From Balanoglossus misakiensis (Eukaryota > Animalia > Hemichordata): a stretch of DNA of 64,000 nt. The DNA is taken from positions 2,984,275-3,048,274 of the forward strand of contig CM082587.2 in assembly GCA_040954595.2 (NCBI GenBank), written 5' to 3'. This document shows positions 52,701-64,000 of the stretch, one piece after another; position 1 is the first letter of the stretch; each line of letters begins with the position of its first letter. The position numbers and the translations under genes are program-made. Under the pieces are notes generated by a model. It had not been told where the DNA came from, did not search any database, and worked only from the letters and a program-made list of their open reading frames with translations.

Positions 52701-53059
52701 AGCAACATTTTATCACGTTCAGTTGAATACATGACGTCACTAAGGGTGACGTTGTAACGGTAGCATTGGCTAAAGGTGGATGTAGAGCCGCATCCGATAT
52801 CTTCTTCCTTTCTTGGGATGGTCAAGTTCTTCACCAACTCCACGCAGTTGTTTGTGACATTGGAAAGACAGATCTGCGCACTGCTTTCGGCCGAGTCCGG
52901 CATTCGGCACCAGAAATCGGTGGTGGCCAAGAGGAACACGCCACCTATTGTATGAAGAGCGATAGGCACCACTGACATCCCTATGAGGGCGTAGACCACC
53001 TTCTGGTACTTGCCAAACTCTCCGAGGATGTGCTTTAACACGTCATCAAACTGCAACAT
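49701..53059 (-). CDS. SLC22-family organic cation/anion transporter, tandem copy B
   Basis: Same exon structure and motifs as copy A ([20 protein letters not shown] ... PESPRWL ... [21 protein letters not shown]). Reading frame intact where checked. Confidence 0.92.
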
Positions 53060-53075
53060 TTTGGACTGCATAACA

Positions 53076-53140
53076 GTGAGTCAGTGGGTGAGTGAGTGAG
53101 TGAACGAGCGAGCGAGCGAGTGAGTGAGTGGGTGAGTGAG
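53076..53140. repeat. (GAGT/GAGC)n tetranucleotide microsatellite
   Basis: gtgagtcagtgggtgagtgagtgagtgaacgagcgagcgagcgagtgagtgagtgggtgagtgag, just upstream of SLC22 copy B exon 1. Confidence 0.8.
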
Positions 53141-55083
53141 TTTTGTGCTGCGATATAAAAATATCATTTTGTGTTACATGTACCTTAAAATAAATTCTTG
53201 CCAATCAGCAATTCAATTCAATTCACGGAAGTGTTAACGATCAGCGCAAACAATTTGAGTAATGGAATAAACGTATACCTTCCATAAGCTATTTTCTCCA
53301 GTTTGCGCCCTCAAAACACATACCAAATTTGCCAATACCTAGTCTACCAACAGAGGCAATCGTCGATAAGTATATAGAACGATGTCGTAGTCGCATTATA
53401 GGTTTTGCTAATTCATAATGTTCAGATCAAGTTTCGACATCACCGCAATCGCCATTTTTCACAGTGGAAAAAAAATCCGCATTATAGTTATGTCCACTTT
53501 TTGACCTGTTTCTCGAAGGACGCTCAATTCTCTGTAAAAACAAAAAACAAAACGAGAACACACCCACCTGAAAATCACTTTCTACGTATAGGGACACAAT
53601 CGGATTATCAAACCCAGACTGGAGGGGCACACTTCAGGCGCCCGGCTTTCCACGGGAACTACACACATATGGAAACTCTACAACTCTTTTAAATATCCTA
53701 TGACAGGACATACGTTTGCATCATTTGGTTACTGCCACAAATAGTTGTGATATTATTAATCTACGGTATACATGACTTGAAAACAGTCCTCTTAACTGGC
53801 TAAGGCCCAATTGCCATGTCCTAAAATACATGTATGGATAATCGCATGTACGTACACGTATATCACATGTACGTACATGCGTCAATCCAGGCCACGCTGA
53901 GAGATGCCGGATAATGACGACACCTGAATGCAAATGCAATCCAGAACAACACGTCGGAGTAACAGTGGTCCATTTATAGAGTCTTACTTTACGGTTGTGT
54001 TTATGAATGAAACTTTTAAACATGTGTAAATATTACATCTGTAATAAAAAATGACTTTCACAATCTTTGAAGTATACCTTAAACTAGACTGTGTCTTTAT
54101 AATATGCTTGTTGTGGCTGAAATCATTTGCACACAGTTTGACCTCGAGTGAGGTCGACGTAAGCCGTGTCAGGCAATCATCGGGCTCAACAACCAATCAT
54201 CGCTACCCTTATGAATAAGAAACTCGTGCGTCTGAAGCGTGGTGAATTGATTCCGGACAATAGCGACCACAGGAGACAAGACCACAGATGGTGAGTAGTA
54301 ATGTTGCGTATGGGCATTCCAAAATTTGATAAACCACATATCACCTGCGCACAGCACAAGTGAACACCAATGGTACAAGGCCAGTTTTGCGTGTTTTCGG
54401 CAAAGCATACTTATGCGGCGTCATTTTTTCCCGAAGTCTGGCAGACGACAGTTTTACGTAGACTTTGATAAGGCTACACGTTAAGGCCAGTTCAAATTGT
54501 GAGCTGTGGCCAAAAGTTGGTAAATTCATGACTTGCATTTTTGAAGCTAATGTGGTACAGAAGAGTCTGAGGTGTCTAATATTCATATCATTTTGCAAAC
54601 GCAATGTATTGGAGGCACACAGCCGGTAGCAGCAACACACAGCCCTGACACGTAGACCTTGTCTGAAGATCAGGGGATTTATATTTGCGTACACAGTGAT
54701 GCCACTGTGAAATCTGTGGTGGTAGTTAATGTGACCCCGGACTCCGGTCAACTGGCCAAAGGGTCGCATGACACATTAACATGATTAACACCTGTCAGGA
54801 TCGGAAAGTCCATCGACCCGCCGATGACGTCACCCTTTATACCGGCGCATGTGTTTTCCCATCACCAGCCAAGTGAAAATCAATGATGGACTATAAATCT
54901 CAACTTTCCATGGCATGGCATGGCAGCTAAGTTGCAGAGGTGATCGTATAGTGAATTATAACAAAGCAGTAGAATTGTAATCTCTGAACCTCTTTACGGC
55001 AACTGTTTCTGCGTTGCCTGATTCTGGCTCACGAGAATGTACTAACAATGACGTTACTTCTTGTAATTATCCTTCTCCAGATC

Positions 55084-57331
55084 ATGGAACTGAGCAGAAG
55101 TGTTCTGGCTATACTGCTACTGGCTGTTTCTACGGTGGCCGAGAATGTCAAGAACCCAGGGGTCAAGAAACCCAACTTTATGATCTTCCTGGTCGATGAC
55201 CTGGGAATGGGTGACGTGGGTTGCTTTGGTAACGACACCATCCGGACGCCGAACATCGACCGATTGGCGGCGGAAGGGGTGAAACTGAAACACAATATGG
55301 TGCCAGCGCCGACCTGCACTCCGAGCCGCGCAGCCTTCCTCACTGGCAGATACCCAATCAGGGCAGGTAATCTCATGACACGTGACTTCATTGAATAAAA
55401 GAGAATTTCATTTCAAACGCCAGTAGCTGTACTTTGTGCATAAACTGCCAAGCCACGCAATATCTCGCCGGGTCTCGTGGAGTTTGGAAAATGGTCTATT
55501 CAAAACGTGTCATCTTTTCTCGCGGTCACAGGTCTTGCATCAAAGACTTCCGGCACCATGTTTGGCTTTAATGCCTGCATCGGCGGGATGCCTCCCTATG
55601 AAGTCACATTTGCCGAAGTCCTGAAGGAAGCCGGATACAAAACTGCATACTTAGGTAAATATTGTGTTATTGGCCATTGGCCAATTGAGGAGAAATACCA
55701 CTTTGGTCATGCATTCTTACTTGTACTTCTGCAATATGTATATTTTATGCCCCTTTTATGCCTTTTTAGGTAAGTGGCATCTTGGAGTGCATAGCAGCTA
55801 CGAAGACTACGCGTATTTGCCAACCAATCAGGGGTTTGACTATTTTTACGGAATGCCTCTTACAAACATCAACGAGTGTGCAGACCCTCCCAACGGCCGG
55901 AGCAGCGTCCCGCGTCTCTTGGAAGCTGGCAACGCGATCTATTACTGGGCTACGGTTACCGCCATAGTCTACTCCTTCATCTTGGTCGCCTGGTGGTTCG
56001 GCATCGTCGGGCGTACGGGCATGGTCGTGCTGTTCCTTTTGATGACAGTGTGCTCCTATGGTGTGTACCGCTTCCCTGAAACCGGTCAGCGCTTTCTGTG
56101 CATCCTGATGAAAAACCACGAGGTAGTGGAGCAGCCGATACGCCTGGAGAACATGACGGTGCGGCTGACCAATCAGGCCACCTCTTTCATCGACGACAAC
56201 AACGACAAGCCCTTCCTCCTGATGATGGCCTATTTAAAGGTCCACACGGCGCTGTTCACCAGTAAACAATTCGCCGGCGTTAGTAAACATGGTCGATATG
56301 GCGACAACGTCGAAGAAATGGACTGGAGTGTTGGGAAGATCTTGGATGCGTTGGATCGAAATGGGTTGAAGGAGAACACGTTTGTGTACTTCACATCCGA
56401 CCATGGGGGTCACATCGAGGAAGAGTCCATAGACGGAGAAAGAGAGGGTGGATGGAATGGAATATATAAAGGTATATATCATTCCTGTTTACCTTGTTGT
56501 ACATTATTTTGTTTTGTAATGTCGTCATCGGACATTTATCATAGGATGCTCAACAAATGAACCAGCAATAACTCACTTCATTTCCCACGTATCTTGACAG
56601 GTGGAAAGTCTCAAGTTTGGGAAGGCGGTGTCCGGGTACCAACTATTGTCAGATACCCGCCCTCAGTCGCCAGCAACTCGGAGATATCGGTTCCAACAAG
56701 CACCATGGATGTCTTACCGACAATCGCAAAGATAGCCGATGCCAAAATGCCAGACGACAGAATCGTCGACGGAAACGATATGACCGCGTTATTATTTGGA
56801 AAAGATGACCAAGCGGTTCATGACTACTTCTTCATATATTGTGGACCCTGGATTCACGGGGTAACCTTTCGTCCGGTTAAAGGTAAGGGGTGGACTGTAA
56901 GATGTATACTATTATTAATGGATTTCAAATGTAAAAGAGGGAATTTAAACCGTATGCAAGTTCATCAAACTATTCTCCTTTTCTAAGGTATCACGTATAA
57001 AGTAATATTCACCACTCCAAAATGGACGGCGGGAACAGAAGCCTGTTTTAACACATGGTTGTGCCAGTGCAGCGGAGACCACGTCAATCAACACGACCCG
57101 CCATTGGTGTTCGATCTCACCAACGATCCAGGCGAACATCAACCTCTCCGGCTGACCGAAGAAACGAAAGGTTTGATAGAGGAGGCCAAAGCGGCGAGAG
57201 ACAAGCACCAGCAGACGATCGTGCCGGTAACCGACCAGTTAACGATATACAGAGCCGTGTTATTCAGACCTTGGTTGCAACCATGTTGTAATTTTCCATA
57301 CTGCTCTTGTCAGGAGGATGACGACATCTAA
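55084..57331 (+). CDS. STS: Steroid sulfatase / arylsulfatase C-D-E-F-H-type sulfatase (5 coding exons)
   Basis: Exons 55084-55366, 55532-55654, 55770-56471, 56601-56882, 56988-57331. Signal peptide [31 protein letters not shown], FGly motif [20 protein letters not shown], two-TM hairpin, KVHTAL, SDHG and C-terminal [11 protein letters not shown]. Confidence 0.9.
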
Positions 57332-57697
57332 CTTTTGCCAAATGCACGCCAAGATATACTAGTAGTATAACAGCTCCGTTTCTTGTATTCTAGCATAATA
57401 TTCAATTTTAAAGGCGAATATTCTCACGAAGGTATTATATACATAGAACACGCAAGTCTCAATATGTTTTGGTAAACTGCTATTAAAGAACGTTGTTATA
57501 TACTCGTGCTATAAGATACAAGTTGCTGAGTTGCTAAGTAAAATTGGTTGTTACACACCCGGTTTATGGGCATGCGCATGACGCTTCAATATCTCAAAAC
57601 TGAATTAAGAAAAGCATGCAGCATATGGTGTCTTCTCCGACAACATGTGTGACTGAGAACGCAGAGCCATCGTTGTCAACGCCCACAAAACGCGCTC

Positions 57698-60600
57698 TCA
57701 AATATACTTGATGTCGTCCGCACTCCGTATCACATCATCCCCGCTCTCCTCTCCCCATCCATTACATTGATTCTCATCAGGAAACACGCGATTGTGTCTG
57801 AAAATGAAACAGACGCAACCGAATGCTTACAAACCCCAAATATTGCGTCTTAGTTTACAGAAATCTCACAGAAAGAGGGAAAACGTTTAATTATTCTTTT
57901 TTTTCCGATATCACCACGCCCTCTTCGTTGACTTACTTTGATTTGTGCCGAACGTAGAGATATGTTGATAATCCCAGTACAGCGCCAACGACGACCACAG
58001 CCGTGACAGTCGACACAACAATCACTGCAACTAATTGCACGTATCAGTTATTTGACACATGCTAGTTCTAAATAAACTAAGCTATCTCGAAAAACCTCGT
58101 GAACGATGAGATTTCAGGCGCGTCTGTTTGACTTGTCAGGTCACTGAGGTCACAGTGTTCACCCGTGACATTTGAATATGAAGAGGGTCTCGTAGCAGGC
58201 ATGGCGTGCAGCGGTTAGAATTTATAGACTCAATATAAAGTCCCTTATCTTGAGTAAATAAACTGAATGCTGTTGGGTTAAACTTTGATAGAGAAATTAT
58301 TATCTCTGAACCCACTTTGGTCGCCTTAAATGAACTCTTGAACGGAAGTAGATCTTAGTACACAAGGTTTGGTACAGAGCTCGGTGTATACCGATCGAAC
58401 GACGACGAAGTGTTGTGTGGAGGAATTCTACAAAAGTCTCTACACCGTGATATCAGCAGGAGTTTTAATAGGAAAAACAGAATCTCACCTGTGGAAATCG
58501 AATCGTTCTGCTCATCGCCGCCAGGTAAGTCGGCTTCTGTGCTTATTGGAGCTGTACCTGTTGACAAAAACAGAGAAAACCCGTCATCAACCGTGGCAAC
58601 TTTGAGCTGCACCTGATACGTTTTGCAATGTGAATCTGTCTTCAAAGTTTTGTCATTTATAAAAAAATCTGGCCCCTCGTGCTGTTTGTGTGACGAGTAA
58701 AGCACTCTGGGTTCCATCGATAGGGCGTGATTGTAGAGGCATGCAGTGACTGTACTAGCAACGATTGAGTGAGTACTAAACAGAACCTACGGTTTTACTA
58801 ATTCTCACAGTGCGACGCACGGGCACAACACTTTTGAACTGCCACACGCTGTGGATTAAACAGCGTATATTGAAAGACAATTTCTACTTCCGAACACATC
58901 TTCCTTTGGCTTAGTGTAATGCCAGAGTACATTTCCCCAGATGCCATCGTTTCTGGGACCAGCAGAGAGAACGTGTCCGCGTTCAATTATAAACATGCAC
59001 ATCGAGGCTAAGCGTTTTGGTTAAAAAAATATGATTCGAGATAAATGCCTGTGCTATAGGTTGTTTTGTAATTTGAAATTTGTTTTTATTTGTTGAGGTT
59101 GTTCGTGTTGACAAGAGGGTAGCAACAAACACAAGTTGTTGAGTCCATAAAGTAGGGCACCAACATCATCAACATGAAAAGTTTTCAGCGTTTTTATCCT
59201 AAGTTACGGTAACTATGCCGCCGTCCGCCAAACTATATCATCAATGGACCTTTGGGGGCTCGGTTCGACGGGCGACGCAGTGTTACATTTTGTTGCGACA
59301 AACTTCGCTCGTCGACTCGGCGCATTCGCCCGTTGTCGGGAGAATCAAAGATGGCTAGCACGTTCTTAACAGAAGCAGATGCATTCCGCGGCGAAGGCCC
59401 GTCGCCAAGTTTCCAAGTGATATATGGTACCCCAAGCATGGCAAAGTGTGAAATAGTGTTCGGTGTTGTTGCACGCGTCAAAAGTTTTCTCGATTCTGCC
59501 GTGTACTGACAAGTTCGATGCAAAGGTTGCGTTTGTTAGGATACAATGAAGTGTGATGCTGATAAATCATATTATATGGTTAACAGCGGATTAAGGTTTA
59601 CAGACGCTGTAATTACTGCGGCTTAAATGTAGAACATGAACGCTATTTTTATGGTTTTACTGTGGTGTAATTGACTTGTACCTGATGACCTGATTTGGCT
59701 GTAACTAAAATGTCTGAAATGATGAAAACTCGGGAGTCCCTCCGGCATTTGTTGAAATCTGCACAGTGCGGGTTATTCACATCAGCTGCCGCCGAAAATC
59801 GATCACTATGACAAGACGCCTTTGGGTCGACATTGACGTGTCCCTCTGTCGCAGCCCGGGATACTAATTCCATGGCAGCGGTTTGTTAGTACACACTAAT
59901 ACGAGGGGCGTGACATGAAGTAGGTACCTCCACCGATAAGAAACGCTAATAATCGACTGCCCGAGGTCAAAAGCTATCATCACAGAGGGTGTTTTCTTCA
60001 GAAAGGTTCCCTCGAACTTTGATTTTCAGATCAATAAACCTGGGGCTTGTGTTCAAATTGGATTGATCAATTTAGCATGTCGATTCAGTAAAGCGCACTC
60101 CTAATTAGACTAATTCTATCTTTGCATCTAGTATCTTTTATCTGTTGTGCCGTTTAATACGACGGGCCTGTGTCACGTGGTGGTTCGTGTCTATGCCTTT
60201 GATTTGTTTATTACCTGTTGTTGCCAGAGTCGTTGTCACAGCTTCGCCAAGTGTTGCTGCTGACGTCGGTGAGGTAGAGAGAGTTCCTGTTGTCGTTCTT
60301 TCTGGAAATATTGAAAGAGTGATTAGAAGTTAGTAACGTAAACAAGCTAGCTGAGTATAAACAGGGGATTCTACATTTGATTTAAAGTACAAGTCTGTTT
60401 CGCACACTCTAATTTATCGATTTGCGTCAGTAACCATGGTGACCAAATGACATTGCAATTTCTTCAGCCCCTCCTTTTAGATGACAACATATATCTGACA
60501 TTATATAGTTCGTTACCTTTTATAGATTTTACGTACGGTTTAGTAATGATTGATTAGTAATATATGAAACTTGCATCCGGCTTACCTGGGTTCGAAGTGA

Positions 60601-63600
60601 ACACATTTTCGGTGGATATCGCAGAGGTCGCAAACGATGTGGTTACTGCCGTGGTTGTATATTCTGTAAGTTAATTATATGTGTCAGACATGGTTTTTAT
60701 AATGAAGTGACACTAGGGTAACACAGAAGCTTATTCTACTCCCTACAGCATGTCGAAACCCCCGTATGCAGATTACCAACAAAACCTGCACATGCGTGAT
60801 TGAAGTAAGGTCTATAACACTTTTTATGATTTCGATGATTACTGTGATGTCTGTAAGCACGACATTTGGTAACTTTACCTGGAATTTCGACAGCCACGAT
60901 GTTTGACCTCTCACCCCTGTTCCCGGCGTCGTCAACGGCAACCAGGGCGACATACAGGGGTTCCAAGTAGCTTTGCTCGTCGAATTGGATTCCTATAACC
61001 AAGCTTTCCGGTGCTCCGCTCGGTTTGGGGGATAATAGGGTCCCTTCTGTGAGCGACGAGTCGTTCAGTCGGTTCCCGGACGAAAAGTCCAGAAATAACT
61101 CTGTATCGTTCGTACTAATGCGAAGATCGTATTCCTTTGCTGCAGAAATAAAAAAGAGCGAACCTGGTGACAAAGCTTCGTGTGTGATACTTTGAGAGTG
61201 ATTAAAATTTAAAGTAGCCATAAATCGACAAAGGGAAATATCGAGAAGAGGTGGAGGTCTTTACCCGTTCCATTGCGCATGTCGTCGCCGGTTGCCGACC
61301 ACGCCAGTGCAACGTAGACTTCGTCGAACAGGCGACTCGCGTTTGCCGCCGTCAAATCGACTATTCGCGCCGGCGCAGTCACATCCGCCTGGAGGGAACT
61401 TGCCTCCCCATCCGGATTTGTCGACTGTGATCTGGATGCGTCGTCTTTCAGCCTGATCTCCACACTGACTTCTTGTTCTCTGTCGAGCGGGTTATACAGC
61501 GAGTACTGCCATAAGCCTGCCTACGAACGAAATGAAAGCGTGCTTAACAACGATTGAGCGAACTTGAAATAGGGTATAATTTGTCTCCGGTGAATATGCA
61601 AAGCACGAAGCTTCAAAAGATCGTTCGTACATACATTACTGCTAATACGAACGTATGCGGAAAAATAAACGAATTTTATCCTACCTCGTCTATGTTTTGC
61701 GTATCTATGGCTACCATTCGCTTCAAGTAGTTGCTATAGTAACTGTCATGTGATGGAGTAATCTTCTGTCCGGAAGGCGTGAGCAGCTGTACGAAAACTG
61801 GCAGGCAGCATCGTGTCCACCTGACTTTTATCATCGATAATTTGTCGTCAAAAGTGATGGTGCCTGAATAGGAACTATTTCCAGGAATGGTCAGATTTGC
61901 GATGGTTCGGTGCTGTAAATTGGACATTCGGGCTAGACTTGACGTTCCCAGGGAAGAGGAGGAATACACGTTCCCACCTGTAAAATGTAATTTATAGTAG
62001 AAGTTCTTAAGGATTCTCTCAATTTGTTAAAAATCTTTGATTTTCTTTCGCTATTTCCCCTGTTGACGACAGATTCACCCATGACCCCCGTACTGTCACG
62101 TGGCAAATCCCTCCAATCATTTGCCTACCCGATTGGTGCACCAAATCTGCCAGTCCTGGATCGTAACCTCCGGGTATTGTCACCATGTCAACCACCAAGG
62201 AATTGTTGATGACGTCACTTGTTACGTCCGATATGAATGGTGCTTGGTTTTCCTCGCCATTAGATACGATAACCAGCCTGCTGCTTGAGTCTTTTTGGGT
62301 CGTAGCTTGATCAGAGGAATTCGCCAACATCTGGTAAATAATTTTAAAAACCGAAATGGTTTATCGTCCCGCCATCACCACCACCACCACCACCACCACC
62401 ATCATCGTACGATTGGCCATTCCTGGCACTAATAACGATAACGCCGTCATCATTGACAACAAAAACATCAACAGAAATGACAACAACGACAGTATCACTC
62501 ACTTGCATTGCTTTGATGACGCCATTTCCGATACTCGTCGCGCCGTACACCTCGCCAGGTAGACTTGCCAACAGAGCCTCACGAGTTTCATTTCCGGTAA
62601 TCGTCGTCAGCGGTGCTGCTTCGGTGGCCAAATCAGAAAAGCCAACAATACCAACCCGTGTACCATTGGGCAGTAGTTCTGTGATGTAGTGTTTCGCAAC
62701 TTGCCTTGCTATGTTGAAAGCATCCCCAGGCTGCAAGACACCAGTTAAAGTTACACTCGTGTTTTCATGTTTATATGTGTTTCGTTAATACCACCGGCTG
62801 AATGAAAGCAGCTTGTCGCTTTGATGACTAATGATTATTCGTTCGTAATTAAGAAAACTTACTTTCGTACTTGCTGACGTGTCCATGACCAGTACGACAT
62901 TGGCATCGCTGTTATTTCGGACGATTTTGAACTCTGGCACTGTCGACGGCACCGTCCGGGGTTGATTCCTTCCTCCGATAAAATCCACCGTTTCTTCCAT
63001 GACATCCCACGCGCTGCGACCACTGCAGATTTGGTTTTGTCTGGTTGGAGCCTCGTTGTCGTGGAAAGTATTCGGATTGGATGAGTTACTGTCGCAAAAA
63101 TGGTCGATCTGCCAGGATGAAAGAAAGGACGGTCAGAAAACGTATTCAACTGACATGCGTGGTGACTTAGCTCTTATTGTCGTCACATATATACCAGGCT
63201 CTGCATTACTTTCACTCACCCCTTCCAAGTCTTGTATGTACATCAAAGATGCCGTTGCATCTTGGTCTGCGTCGATGAGAAAGAGACAGCCTTCTTCGTA
63301 GAGACCGGTGTTCGGATCAACCAGGCACAGGCGGAATACGGGCGGCGAGAAGTACCACGCTTCGCCGGTGATTTTCCGACAGCACTTGGTCGCTTCGATG
63401 CTTCCGGTGGCGTTCAACAAGAAAAATGGATCCTCGTCCGAGACTGAATATTCTTCAAAGATGCCCCAGCGGTATGTGGCCCACTGAGATGTCAGGTACC
63501 GTCCTGTGAACGGACAAGAGATTTCTCCTAAGATATACATCAGCCGATGCAAATTTATACATTTTGGCAACTTTCGAAACGAAATGTTTTCAGCTGCGAA

Positions 63601-63910
63601 GCGCCCTCTACTTACCTCTATCACCATACAGGTCTTCGTACGTGTCATCGGAAAGATACGTCGGCGTCAGGTGGATGAAGTCGCCCTGGTTGCCACAGTA
63701 ACCACCATGGCTGACGTACGGCTTATTTGAATATTGCGGGTTGGGAGCCTCGATAATAAAGTCAGTGTCATCATAACTGATGGAGGCCGGCAGAATCTGA
63801 TACTCTCGTCTGGGTGTCCACGAGTCCGGAACCACGATGACGATCTCGCTAAAATATGCCCGCTGACGAGTTGCCCGATACAGAAATTCCGACGTTTTCG
63901 TCAAGGCGCT
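57698..63910 (-). CDS. CLCA: CLCA-family protein (5' end outside window): degenerate protease domain, vWA, FN3, Ser/Thr stalk, TM, cytoplasmic tail
   Basis: FLYRATRQRAYF...VPDSW, CGNQGDFIHLTP, RWGIFEEY, ASLMY, FCDSNS...HDNEAPTRQNQICSGRSAWDVM, VVLVMDTSAS, GATSIG, LAWSATGDD...YDLRIS and AVDD...SNI. Small phase-1 Thr-rich exons (~60587-60663, ~60215-60301, ~58489-58557), TM exon 57937-58030 and last exon 57698-57797 are inferred from splice phases and are less certain. Confidence 0.85.
62376..62406. repeat. (CAC)n/(CAT)n trinucleotide microsatellite in CLCA intron
   Basis: caccaccaccaccaccaccaccaccatcatc. Confidence 0.8.
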
Positions 63911-64000
63911 CTGAGTGAGAGTCGGAAATGAGTGTACTTCAATATACATGTATACCATTCCGGAAGTACAAATCTCAAGAAATGATTAGAGTGAGAACTT

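Larger units (their letters stand above)
45220..53820. repeat. ~4.3-4.5 kb tandem segmental duplication of the SLC22 gene plus upstream region
   Basis: Homologous exons, several introns, and upstream blocks (e.g. 49012-49060 vs 53562-53610; 49435-49480 vs 53648-53692). Confidence 0.93.

Noticed and set aside
55763-55775. AG|GTAAGT recursive-splice-like site at STS exon 3
   Set aside because: Explained by the conserved G-K-W codons, and the preceding intron is only 115 bp.
58790-59880. Extra CLCA exons or a retroelement fragment in GC-richer intronic ORFs
   Set aside because: No recognisable motif and no consistent splice-phase path; left unassigned.
60430-60443. X-box-like GTAACCATGGTGAC in a CLCA intron
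   Set aside because: Degenerate motif far from any promoter in the window; could easily be chance.

Overview
Eukaryotic (metazoan, invertebrate-type; the species cannot be fixed from sequence alone) genomic window with short GT-AG introns. Bases 1-8790 are a highly homogeneous 88-bp satellite array (96 near-identical monomers plus ~4 diverged edge monomers). It ends ~530 bp from a gene-dense block: TYW3 (+), GORAB (-), ATF6 (-), EXOSC2 (+, with a U12-type intron), ODF2/cenexin (-), TRUB2 (+), an NCF2/NOXA1-family NADPH-oxidase activator (-), two tandem SLC22 transporters (-), a steroid-sulfatase-family gene (+) and a 5'-truncated, membrane-anchored CLCA-family gene (-). Two non-autonomous DNA elements are visible: a Helentron/HINE-like element in ATF6 intron 1, and a palindromic MITE with a 6-bp TSD whose empty site is preserved in the paralogous SLC22 upstream region. 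The most notable observations are: (1) a CLCA that has lost both the HExxH zinc-protease motif and the domain carrying the self-cleavage site, so a predicted non-cleaving pseudoprotease; (2) a p67phox-like protein with a very long polyproline region and an Ena/VASP-like C-terminal helix; (3) a gene set matching the vertebrate MHC paralogon (human chr 1, 6p21, 9q34); and (4) a perfect 60-bp duplication of the TYW3 start region next to the satellite edge. Exon structures were read by eye, and gene identities rest on recalled family motifs, not on database searches.
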